From: Octopus bimaculoides
Lineage: Eukaryota
Assembly (NCBI RefSeq): GCF_001194135.2
Contig: NC_068990.1
Coordinates: forward strand, 7,013,950-7,077,949
Reading direction: 5' to 3'
DNA length: 64,000 bases
Every line of letters starts with the position of its first letter. Position 1 is the stretch's first letter. Both the position numbers and the translations under genes were made by a program. The notes below the pieces were generated by a model. That model was not told the DNA's origin, did no database searches, and saw only the letters and a program-made list of their open reading frames with translations. Below are positions 27,693 to 41,100 of the stretch, piece after piece.

Positions 27693-29139
27693 AAGAGAGA
27701 AAGAGAGAGAGCATACAATATCTAAAGCAAGCTAAATTAAGTTAAAGGCAGCAAGGTCACGAAGGAGACAACTCAGTAAACTCAGGAGTTGACAATGAGG
27801 TGATCAGAGCAACAGCATACAATTTTAGAAAGGCATTTGATGATAAGGACCCAAATATTCTCACTGATACTGCTGGAGTACCACCATCCAATACTGCTGA
27901 GACATTTATTCCATCTTTAGTATTTGATGGAGGAGAAAGTTTGATAACAAACAGACAAAGAAGTCTGGTGCAGGCTCCTGCCTAGCCGGCTCCTGCCAAG
28001 CCGGCTCCTGCCAAGCCGGCTCCTGCCTAGCCGGCTCCTGCCAAGCCGGCTCCTGCCTAGCCGGCTCCTGCCAAGCCGGCTCCTGCCAAGCCGGCTCCTG
28101 CCAAGCCGGCTCCTGCCAAGCCGGCTCCTGCCTAGCCGGCTCCTGTCAAACTGTCCAACCCATACCAGCATGGAAGGTGAACACTGTAACAACTAAACTT
28201 CAATTCCTTACAGTGTTGTAACTTGCCTAGTTTTCCAACATTGATGAAATAACATAGCTTCTGACATATCATCCCATGGTCTACTTGCAAAGTCTAAGTA
28301 TATACATCTACATTTGACCAGTTCAGAATGCACTTCAAAATATGGTTGTAGATGATGGGAGTACTGAAATGTATTTTATATGTGAGGTGCCAATATATAA
28401 TCTTCTAACACTGTTTCTCTGATAGAAAGGATTTAATAAATAAATGTATGTCCTTTTATTCAAATATTTTTTTAGTTGTATTTCAAATGGAAAACTGATG
28501 ATAACCTCCATACCTAACTAAACAACTGAGCTTTGATCTCCATCATTCATTATTACATATTTTTATTATTGTACAGTTTCCTTTAGAGTGTAATGTTATA
28601 TGTGTCTATATGTTACATATTTAATTAAATCACAACTATTATCATAATATTCATATTTAACTACGTAAACTCCTCCGCTTGCGAAGACCTGTTGAGGCAA
28701 GTGAAATCGAAATCGAACTAAATTCGATGACTTGCACCCATGCCAATGTTGTCTCCTTCATTGGACACTAAACTCGGCTTGCGAAGACCTGTTGGGGCAA
28801 GCGAAAGTAAAATCGTGATGGCACCTGTGCCCCGGCAAGATCGTTGCCAGTGCTGCTGGGCTGGCTCCGGTGCAGGTGGCATGTAAAATACACCATTTTG
28901 AGCATGGTTGTTGCCAGTACCACCTGACTGGCTTTCGTGCCGGTGGCACTTAAAAGCACCCACTACACTCTCGGAGTGGTTGGCGTTAAGAAGGGCATCC
29001 AGCTGTAGAAACTCTGCTAAACCAGATTGGAAGGGCATCCAGCTGCAGAAACTCTGCTAAATCAGATTGTAGCCATCTGGTTCACCAGTCCTCAGTCAAA
29101 TCAGCCAACCCATGCTAGCATGGAAAGCAGACGTTAAAC

Positions 29140-29185
<46 letters not shown>

Positions 29186-29994
29186 TAAATCCACATTGTA
29201 CAGATATAAATTTACCCAGTTACGTAATTCTCATTCTAATCTTACTGATCCTACTGATTAAAACTTAGCAATTGAGAAGGTAATTGGTTGAATGTTTGTA
29301 AGTTTATTAGAGTCATTCATTGTGTACTGTATTTTCTGGTATCAGTTTTAATAATGCATAAAAGAATCACACTTTCTTCTTCATTTCAAATATGCTTATG
29401 AAGCCATTTTCATCACTTCCTTATTTCTTTGAGGGATATCAGAAATACATTTGCTTTAATATATATTTCAATAACTTTTCACTCAATTTGTCTGTAATTG
29501 ATTAATTATATTATCTGTGATTGAAATTTCCACAAAAGCAGTATTAATTAACACAATTTTTGAAGTCAGATATTAATGTATAGAAGTCTAATGCGTAATT
29601 ATATTTTCTTTATTTTGTTACATTTCATTATCTTCATGTCTGTTTTCCTGTTTTGCCATATTTTAACTGAAATATAAAAGAAAAATTGCTATTTTAGGTA
29701 TGGAAGGTGTATATTAAATGGTATTTAATTACCTCAGTTAATAAGAAATGTTGTTATTGTTTATCTTTTCTTTTGGAAATTATTTCAACAGTGGAACAGG
29801 AAGAGAATTACATAATAATAAATGATAAATGACAAAATAAATAATATTTCAGATCAGCTTCACAGGGGCTTGTAAAACAAAATCTGAAGTGTATTTTATC
29901 TCTAAAATTAAATTACCCCTGTATCAATCACAAAATATTGGTTCCCTAAATATAAATTTATGCTCTGCAAATTTGATAAATGCCAATATCCAAG

Positions 29995-30082
<88 letters not shown>

Positions 30083-30483
30083 TAAAGAAACCCATGAATT
30101 CCATTTATTATATATATATATATATGCCCTTAGATACTGGCGTTTATTAGATTTGCTTAGCATAAATTTACAGTTAGGAAACCAATATTTTGTGATTGAA
30201 ACCGGGGTAATTTAATTTTAGAGATAAAAATACACTTCTGATTTATCTGCTGTTTTACAAGCCTCTATGAAGCTGATCTGAAATATGATATATTCTGTTA
30301 TTTCTTATTTATTATAATATTATTCTACTGCATATACTTGACAAATACTGTGGAATTCCTGAGGTAGATCCAGTGGCATTTATATCAATACCGTGGATGA
30401 TAGCAGGTTGCCATAGACAACGAGTGTGCTTTAATCAGCATACTACCAGGTGTACACCCAAGCTTTAATTAGCTACTTGTATG

Positions 30484-30532
<49 letters not shown>

Positions 30533-33500
30533 GGTGTGGACAGTATTTGAGGACGTGTATTTTTAGTCATTATTCTGTTTGACTAGCTTTTATTGAACTT
30601 CTATCTCAGAAAATAACAATGACAGGCCCTATGCTCACTAATTAAATGTAAAGGCATGTTGGGATTGTGGCTTTGAAGGCTAAGCTTGGTGATTTAGAAA
30701 CTTCTCATTTTCTGAAAGTTACATAATCTTTTGTACACAAAATCTGGTGTGAGTTAGAGAAGGAAGATGGAAGCATATTAGCTGTATCAGAATGTACAAA
30801 ACATTCCAAATGTTCTGATTCCTTCAGGACGTTAAGCCAAACCAGCACAGGGACCCAGTCAGGTGGCTCTGGCAGCGACCCATGTATGAATAGTGCTTAT
30901 TGTGTGCCACCAGCACTGGTATTGGTCACAACTACAATTTCCATTTGATTGTGATGTGATTTGATTTTGATTTTGATCTTGGTTTACTTGACTCAATATG
31001 TCTCCTCAAGCATGGTATACATGTTTATTAATATAAAATGACATAGAAATAGAATATATTCCATATATCAGCTTAATATAACAATCCCTCCTTCCAAGTG
31101 CAATTGGGATTTACAAAACAAAATTAGGATCAAGTCAAATTTGACAGGAAAGGAGGTGTAGTCAGAAGGGTCAGCTATATTGCATTGTTGATACCTTTTT
31201 CATTGAATTGTAAATAAAACTAAAACAAGAATTCAAGGTGAATTGAACTGAAAATGTAGTGGGAGAAAATTAAATGCTTAAATTTGATGATTTCTTATTT
31301 TCACCGCACTTTAGATTAGTTAAGCCTAATTAAGTACATTCAATCAAAAAAAATTCATTTATTAAGTATTTTCTTAAGTGCTAGATGCTTCTGCTTGGTT
31401 AACAAGTGCTGTGAAGACTATGAATTTTAAGTTCAATTTGTGAAGGAAGTTGCATATTCAAATTACATTAACATAATACTTTATCAGTACCAGGCAAAAT
31501 AAAATTTTCTCTGATCCAACTATATCGACTGTTTGCATTGATATTTGAAGCACAAATTAAAAAAAAAAACATAACTTAGCAGAGTTTATCAATTTTTATC
31601 TCAGAACAGTTTTACTCTAGTTTAACTGTATTTTTAATGTGAATACTAGCAACATAGACATTTTAATTTAATGATAACAAGATTTATGATTTGAAATGGT
31701 AATATCTTTTTAAATCATTTAAACTAGAAATTTAAAGAAATCAGTAAAAGCTACAAAATTACAAACAGAAAAGAAAATATAGTTTCTAAGGTACATATAT
31801 GTGTCTGTGTCTATGTATATCTATTTATATAATTCAATCTATCAGGTTTGAATATCTAGTCAGTTTATTTTGGAATTATAGTAATGATATTGAAATTAAA
31901 GATTACTGGAAATCTTTCAATTGTGAAACAAATTTACTTCTTTATTAATGTTAATTATGCTGAATTAAGAGTAAATTAGCTGTCTGAGCATGAAACTAGA
32001 AACAAATTATGTTCATTAAGATAATTTAAAAACATATCTTATGAATGAAAATATTCTCAGGTTAACACTTCTTTGATATGAAAACTATTTTAAAGTTTTG
32101 TCAATGATAGTCCAACACATTTTAAATATCCTCAATACAAATAATCTGAAATGCAATGCCCAGTTAATTGTAATTGGTTAATAAAATCAGTCTTGCATAA
32201 CTTACACATAATTACCTGCTGCAAATATTAGATAAGCACCTTTAGAAATCTTTTACTTGTTTCCCAGACCCCAGTCAAACTGTCCAACCCATGCTAGCGT
32301 GGAAAACGGACGTTAAACGATGATGATGATGATGGTTTCTCTATGAAAGCATGTAAATCAGCATCAGTATGATTTTTAATTTGATGGCATGAAATTTTAC
32401 ATAATGCTATTGTTATAATTTTTCTAATTTCAGTAGAAATACAGTTATACCATTTTATAGGAAGTCTGCACCCTTAGAAAATGTATATTAAAGAGTTTAT
32501 GTTGAAGATACTTTATATTAATGTATATATTTTTCATTTTCGCTTTCTTTTATTCAGATAGCAGAAGTATTGAATTTGGAGACAGAATTTATTGAGAATT
32601 GTGTTGTTGCTGATGAAAAGGTATTTTCTTATTTTGATGTCAGACACACAACTAATATATTTGTAATTTCATTGAATCAAGCATTAACTATTACTCACAA
32701 CTCAAATCCTATTCCCATCAAAGTGTAATCCATCAGAAGTCAAGTTGGCAGCCAAATTCAATCCTATCAGAATATGTTTGGTAATTTAGTCTGCTCAATA
32801 GCCTGAGCTGTTTGGCTGCCAGCTCTGCTCAGTAATCTAGCAAACTCAACACCTTAATCTGTTCAGTGACCTATTCTGCTTAGCAACTTAATCAGTTCAG
32901 CAAGTGACTCTGCTTAACCACCATATTTGTTCAGCAAGTGAGTGACTGGCAACGTATTCTGCTTGATAATCTATTCTGACCAGCAATTTACTCTGTCTAG
33001 TAACCTTGTCTGATCAATGAGTCAGACCAATATTTAAATCTGATCAGTTACTAATTACATGAACTGATAGACTGCGCAAGTATTATTAGAATTGCATTAG
33101 CAAAGACAGATTGGCATCAGTTTTGTCCTAATATCACATCATTCACTTGAGAAAGGCATGAACATTACACATCTTCAGCTGTATTTCCTGTTAAAATAAC
33201 AGAAGGTTATAATGAAAATTATTAACTATTATGAATTATTTATTCAATGCAAGTTTGATCAATTTTCATTTTAACATACATGAGGAAGTACAGGCTAGGA
33301 TAATATATACAGTATCAAAGAGACATCTTATTGTATATGTTGAGTTCAAATCTGGTTAGGATTAACAAAATAAACTTATTTTATTCAACTAATTAAACCT
33401 CCTTAAGATACTAATTTTATAAGAACAAAATTTGTGGCTACTAGATGAAGGCATGTAAACCAATACTTCAGCATAATTTTAAACTTTGATTCTATAAAGT

Positions 33501-36500
33501 TGTGCATACCGTTATTGCTTATCATTATTATTTTTATACAGACATTATGAACAGGTACTATTTTTACTACATGTCTATCCCATTAGAAAATGTACATAAA
33601 AAATATTATGTTGATATTAATGTTAAAAAAAAAAAAGGAAAGCATAGGAAAAGAAATAATGAAAGACAATTATTCTGAGCACAATACAAAGAAACAACCA
33701 GAATATCTATCTGCATAGTCAGCTTCATTAGCACTATTGTTATCATTAGCAGAGTCATCCTTAATACTTTCATAACTTTAGTTTATATAGCAACAGTTGT
33801 TTCAGTTCAAGTAATAATCGACCTCTAAAATCAATCAAGAGGCATCAAGATAGAATGCTTACTTTTACCTACATTTTTGAAATGCAGTGGTAGACAGATT
33901 TTGTTTAATGATAAAAAAGATTTGTTATTTTTAATTATGTTAATAGGAATACATAGCTAGGATTTAATTGACACGCAATGCTAAATAGCTTTCAAGGATA
34001 ATAATTTACTTGGTTTTAAAAATAATTACTCTATCCTTCTTGTGTTTAGAGATCATTTGTAACGTCTCAAAGAACATCAAGATGTCTTCTTTTAATTGTC
34101 TCTGTCTGACTTATGATAGAAACATCAAAATAAAAGCATATAGGTATGCTTCCACCTTCCCTCAATATGAAATCTATGAAAATGGGAAAGAATGTGTTTG
34201 AAATGAACTTCAAATATTCCATAATTTGAAACCATATGTATTTTAAAATACTATCACGAAATATCATTTAATGTCCATTTTCCATACTGGCATGAGTTGG
34301 ATGGCTTGACAGGAACTGGTAAGGTCAGGGGGCTGCACCAGGTTCTACAGTCTGTTTTGGTTGATGATTACAGTTGGATGCCCTTCCTAATGCCAACCAC
34401 TTTAGTGAGTGTACTGGGTACTTTCTACATGGCACCATCACCAGTGTATTTTATGTGGCACCAGCACCTAATCATTTGTAAAAGAAATTGTGGTTATGTT
34501 ATGCAAATGTTGAATAATGAATAATTATAACAAGCTGAGGAGAAAACATTATCTTCAACAATATTAATAGCACCTAACATTTTTATATACATAATGTACA
34601 GTTTGTTGCATACATGTTATGTATGTAAATTAATAAGTAATGAAATTGTAAACAGATAAGAGCTGAGATATCACATATAGGCATAAGATATAGCCTGCAG
34701 TTACAACAAGAATAATTTCTGAGAGATAAAGCTGAAGAATAAAAAATATTTTTTTATACATAGGTTTAACGACACACAGCATTTAGCTGCAGTAAGAAAA
34801 GTCCCTACAGAGAGCAGAAATCCAGGGCTTTTATAAACTTGCTAAAATGTTCTTAAGTTAAACTTTTCTCTTGGTCTGTCAACACTTATCAAAAACTGAT
34901 ACCAAAGATGATTGACTGATAAAAATATCAGTAAATATCATACAGAGTTTAGGAATACAGCTAAATTTAAATATGGTCAACATTACCAAATATAGTAATA
35001 TTACTTGTCAGTAGTATTGATTTTTAAATTTAAATATTTCAGATTTGAGTTGGAAAAGGGCTGTCTGCTACAAGACATTAATTGTTGTATAGTTTTGAAT
35101 AGGACTCAATTTAATGACTGAAACCGGTGGAAGGCAAAAAATAAAGCTGCCTATGGAATTTCCATTTAAGTAAATTTCACTACAAATATTTCTCCTTGGA
35201 AATATTGAAAGGAATTTCCACATTGAACCCAAAACAAATAAAACAAATATCAATATACTTAGCAACAGTAAAGGAGTGAACTGGCGGAATTGTTAGCACA
35301 CCAGGGAAAATGCTTAGGGGCATTTCGTCTGTCTTCCCATTTTGAGTTCAAATTCTGCCGAGGTTGGCTTTGCCTTTCATCCTTTTGAGGTTAATAGAAT
35401 TTAGTATTAGTTGAGTACTGGGATTGATGCAATCAACTTAACCCCTCCCCCCGAAATTGCTGGTCATGTGCCAAAATTTGAAATCAATATACTTAGCAAC
35501 TGTAAATAAGAGATAAGGAGATGATAGTTCATATTACCTTATAATTATATATGTGAAGGTGCACAGCTCAGTGGTTAAAGTGTTGGGCTCACAACCATGA
35601 GGTAGTGAGTTTGATTCCTGGACCAGGCTCTGTGTTGAGCTCTTCTTGAGCAAGACGCTTTATTTCATGTTGTTCCAGTTGACTCTGCTGTAGAAATGAG
35701 CTGCAACATCACTGGTGCCAAGCTATATCAGCCTTTGCCTTTCCCTTGGATAACATCAATGGCATGGAGACGGAAGGCTGGTATGCTTGGGTAACAAGTG
35801 ATCTTCCATACATAATCTTTCCTGGACTTGTTTCTCAGAGGGTAACTTTCTAGGGGCAATCCCATGGTCATTCATGACTAAACAGGGTCTTTTACACTTT
35901 ATAAATATATATTTACATTTTAATGTTTTTTTTTGTAAACCACAATCCTAAATGTTTCGTACTTTGCTGTAGATATTTTTTCTTCTTTCTTTAACTGTTT
36001 AACTTCACATTTTTTCCTTTCTATCATCTCACATTCATCTCTATTCTATTCTATTTCCTCCACTTTTTATAATTTCTTCCTTTCATTTTCGTAAAAGAAT
36101 AGTATAGAAAATAAATAAACTACACGTGACTAATGCAAAACCATTGAGGTGTAAAATAACAATTTAAACTAATGTGATTTTAGACAAATGATTTCTATCA
36201 TAACAATGATATGATAGACAATATTTAGTTAAAATATCATTGGTTTGAAAGTTAAGCTTGGCTATACCAATACTGAGGGTTTTTTGTTTATTGGTTTAAC
36301 AACTCTTTTAAAATTGGTTTTGGTAAACCTCTTATTAATTCTGCTAATTGTAACCAACTTTTTTTAATTTTTGCATTCTTACATTTCATGCTGAAAGGTT
36401 GACTCGCTGGAGGAAAACTATTTTATTTCTTGGGTGTTGCTAATTATTTGAGATTATAATTTATTTGATATCAAGTAATGCCATTGTATGCAATTACATG

Positions 36501-38104
36501 TTCACTGATAATACTCTTCCTTCTTAAACATTTGGCCAAACTGCACCTTTGTGTGTGTGTGTGTGTGTGTGTGTGCATGTCCATGTGTGCATGTCCATGT
36601 GTGTTTATCACATCAAAGAATGAACTGACACTTATGATATATCAAAACCCTTCTTATCAATGCACCACAAGAATGTAAACTTGATAGCAAGCTACAAATA
36701 ACCAATGTAATTTACTGATTCAACAGTAAAAGTGGAAGTTGTAAATTTCATGGTTCTAACATATACCTGTATTTGGTGGCTGTCTCTTCCTTGCAGAGCT
36801 TGACCTCTTCTTGTACTGATAATTGCTTTTTTCATAGTGTGGGATCTTAAATGACTTTTGAGCTCCAAGTGTGTTTGAAGAGCTGATCTTCAAATACTGC
36901 AGCAATGTCTCATTTCAGCACTGGCTTCCATTTTCTGCTTGTTTATTGTGAATGTTCAAGTGCTGCTTCAATCCTGTACATTATCTGCAGGTTTATTTTG
37001 ACAAAAATGACATTGAAACTGGTCATCTGAAATGAAGTTCCAACAGTTCGTGTTTGCCTTACCTGCTTGGGTTCACTGGTGCAGTCTTATACCAACATGA
37101 GATATGCGTACTTTTGTGCATAAGAACATTTTAAAGAAACAATAAGAAACACTCAAAACGATATTAATATTAATCTCATTTTTATGAACTGTTCTTTTCA
37201 TTTCAGTATGCTTAACTCTATCAAGTTCACTAATTTAACTAATTTAAGGCATTTCAAATTTGATTTCAAAGTATATTTGTATCTTTACTTTAGCTTACTA
37301 TTTTCACTCTTTCCCAGTATAAGCTCACCATGAAGCATTTTTTGTTGGGTACACTCATCATCCATATGGATGAGATGGCCTGTTCATTGTAGTTGATTCT
37401 TGATAAACATAACTGAGAATGATGTGGTCTTAGCTTCAGCAAGAAAACTCAGTACCAGGAATTGGTGAGAACTAGCTTATACTGAGTATGTGGCAGAGGA
37501 ATTTCTGATGAAAGCTTTCCAACATTTTTACATGACACTTGCATATTATTCAAGTTTCAGAAGAATACACCAGTGCAGAGTGAACAAATAAGGCATATTC
37601 CATGATCTTAGTATCAGTTTTGATATGGAGCTGTGACTAGATTCTAGGCTTTTGCTGCCTTTTCAATATGCAAGGTGATTTCTGCATCTAGGTTTCCAGA
37701 TATTCAGAAGAAGTCTCCACTTTAAGCACTGTACTCTTAACCAGTATCTGAGGTGCATTGAATTGTTCTCCAGGGGTAGATTGATGCATTACAACAGTTT
37801 TAATTTTTTTTCCAATGAATTGTGAGGCCAAATATATCACATGAAAAATCGAATGTACTAATTAGGCTTCAAAAATTACATCCAATTTTATTTTATATTC
37901 CTTACTTTTATATACTTTAATATACTATGATATTATTGTTACTTCATTTTTTATTTTCATTTTATGTCATTATTTTATAACTCTGATACAATATCAGGTC
38001 CCTCATACATACATAAGTCATATATATGTATGATTTGTGTATATATGTATGTATGTACATATATATATATATATTTATACATACAAATATGTATGTGTGT
38101 GTAT

Positions 38105-38150
<46 letters not shown>

Positions 38151-41100
38151 AAATACATAACAAACAAAAATCAATATCAATGTTACCTCAAATATTAATT
38201 TTGCACACACACAAGCATATATAAACACGTGTATGTGTGTGTACATTTGTGTGCATGTATAGGAGGGAGTGCTGAAAAGTTCTTGGCTTTTGGGTAAAAA
38301 AAAATAAAGGAGGATCAGTTATGATTTTATTCAACATATTCCTCTCTCAGATTCAAACACTTATTGTAACAGTCCTTCAGTTTTTCTAAGCCCTGTAAAA
38401 AAAACTTGGAAGATTGGGCCTCCAGTCAGGCCTTTGCAGTACCCTTAAAGCCAGGACATTTTCAGCACCCCCTTGTATGTGTTTGTATATAGGATTGTTC
38501 CTCTAAAATACAATGATATTGCTTTAATTCTCTTTTCTAGTTTCATTTGATAAAAAGTTTTCTTGCACCCAAAGGGAACAAAAAACTGTTATTCTTCTAC
38601 CAAGACCAACCCAAGGTAAGTACTAAGTGAAAATTTATTTACCATATTTACCTGTGTATAAGTCACACTATTTTATACTTGATTTTAGCTACCAAAAACT
38701 GTGATGCAACTTATACATGGGGCAAAGCTAAAACTTTGGTTGTATGCATCCTACTTTCCTGCTAATCAGGTTATTTATGATCATTACTACCTTGTGCCAT
38801 GTTCAGTTGAACTACAAACAACTTATTTTATTCCACTTAAATTTTATTAGATTAATACCCATGTATTTTTGATAACACAAATCGCATCTTATAAATCATT
38901 TATCTTATCAATTGTCATTATATAATATTGAGACAACTAACGTTGCTTGAGATGTCAGAGTTCCAATGAATGAAGAGCTTCAGGTGCTACTATTTTGAAT
39001 AAATTACTGTTGATATCAATGTATGAAAATGGTTACTGGCAAAATTGGTCTTTGAATTATGCTGAATATTCTAATAATTAGCTGTGATAACTTTCTCAAT
39101 TCAACAACTAGTTCTATAAAGGAGAAAGTTTTCTTTGGGTGATAGCTTTGTCATAATGGCTATTGTTGGTGTTGAGAGAAAAGGTTCTTCATGCAATGCA
39201 AATTTCAAGCTCCAGGTCTGAGTTGAATGGTGACAGAGCTGATGAAAGGGCATTTACAGTTTCAGAACTGCTTGTAAGAGATTGGTGAAAACAAAAGGAA
39301 GTTACACTAAAAATGCCTAAAAGAGCAGGCAAAAGGAAACAAACCCACCATCCAGAGACTGAGAAACAAAAAATAAAATGGATAAAAAGCTGAAGGAACT
39401 GAAGGAGTACTGGTTTCATCATGGCTTTACTGCAGATTTGTCCAGATGCCTGCCCAGATTAACACAGATTCTTCATTCAAGGCTTTGTATGGATTTATGA
39501 AAAGAAATGGACTCAGTCACTGACAGAAAACAAAGATATGTCAGACACTGCCTCGTGACTTAGATATTTACCTTCCACATGTTTTCCCTCAAGTAAAGAA
39601 AACAATCTGATTTTGAAGTTAGCCAGATAAGTAATATTGTTGAAATGCCTTTGCACTTTAATCTACCTGCAACTGCCCAGAGGAAAGAAGACTATACTAG
39701 TATGCAAAAAAAGGCCTCAAAAGGACCTATTTCACAGTATTGCTTGGATGTATGGCTATTTGGTACTAAGCTAAACCCAATACCGATATTTAATAAGGAA
39801 ATCACTGCAAATGTGAAAAAGTTAGCAACTGGAGTAGGAGTGCATTGTCATCCCAATGGGTGGATGGATGAAGACAGCATGGAAATCTAGTTAGCTAAAA
39901 TGTGGAATGCGAAACCTGATACATTTCTAAAGAGGAAAGTTCTACTTCTATGGGGCCATTTCTGTGCTCACAAGGCGGAGAAGGTGGTTTTACATCCTTG
40001 TTACAGCCCTTGGATGTGGTGTTGAACAAACTATGTAAAGATAGAGTATCAGAAATGGACGATGTTGATGGCTCCAGATGAGCAACAATTGACAGAGGCA
40101 AGCAAACTCAAGGATGCAAGTTCAAAGGTGAAGAGTGCCTGGGATGTTATTCCATGTAATATGGTCAATAAAAATTGTTCTCTCAATACAAGAATATTTA
40201 ACAAGATGGAAGGAACAGAGAATAATTGTCTTTGGGAGTACAACGAAGACCAAGATGGTGACCAACTGACATTTCTACTCCATACTGGGAGATGAGGAAA
40301 TTACAGAGAAGGACTTGAATAAACATTTTGGTCACAGCGATGAAGATATCAGTTTTGAAGAATTTTAATTGGTTTTAATTGATTTTAATATATGATATGG
40401 TTATTTGAAATTGATATTTTCTTGATTTTAATTTGAGTTTTAATGTAGTTTTACTTGACTCAGAATTATTGAATTTTATTTGATATTCAATTTTTATATT
40501 TTGTTGTGCATTTCCTTGTTTTCTAGTTGTAGCTTGCATAGCAATTTTATTTCCTTGTTTTCCATTTTACAAACAATATTATTGTTTGTAATTAAGTTTG
40601 TATGTCAATAAATGTGTTTTAACATGGCTGTTTATTTTGTTGACACATGAAAGGTTAATTATTATCATCAGTTATAATTGCAAGTTTGAATATGAAAAGA
40701 AAAGAAATCTGTGCCAAAGATTTAGCAGTAAATTAAGGGTGTGACACATGTAAATATGGTAGTTATTCTTCAGTATTCAATTTACAGATACTATTGTCAA
40801 TATCAAATATAAAGTTTATATTTATTCTAGACTGGAATTCATTTCTGGGGTTATGTCTATGATTAGTATAATAATATATTTGTTTACTAAGCAGTTCAAA
40901 TAAATATCATCATCATCATCATCGTTTAACGTCCGCTTTCCATGCTAGCATGGGTTGGACGATTTTACATATTTACTTAAAGATTTTCTCATCACTATTT
41001 TGGTAAGTATGGTGATTTCCTGATGAGGTGATAAGCCTAGAACATGTTCAAATTGTAGTTTGTATTTTCCAAAATAATTAAGAGAATATTAGTTGTAAGC

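Noticed and set aside
27800-27985. YNFRKAFD motif suggesting a CR1 reverse transcriptase
   Set aside because: A single short motif with no supporting flanking domains.
27917-28192. ORF with (RSRLG)n, and an APAKP repeat on the other strand
   Set aside because: Translation of the 15-bp minisatellite. The + frame is interrupted by TAG.
36950-37030. C2H2 zinc finger suggesting a nested host gene
   Set aside because: Frameshifted and positioned as the terminal zinc finger of the adjacent RTE remnant.
41030-41070. ctgatgagg...cctagaacatgtt hammerhead-like string
   Set aside because: The GAAA core and stem II junction both deviate and there is no stem I.
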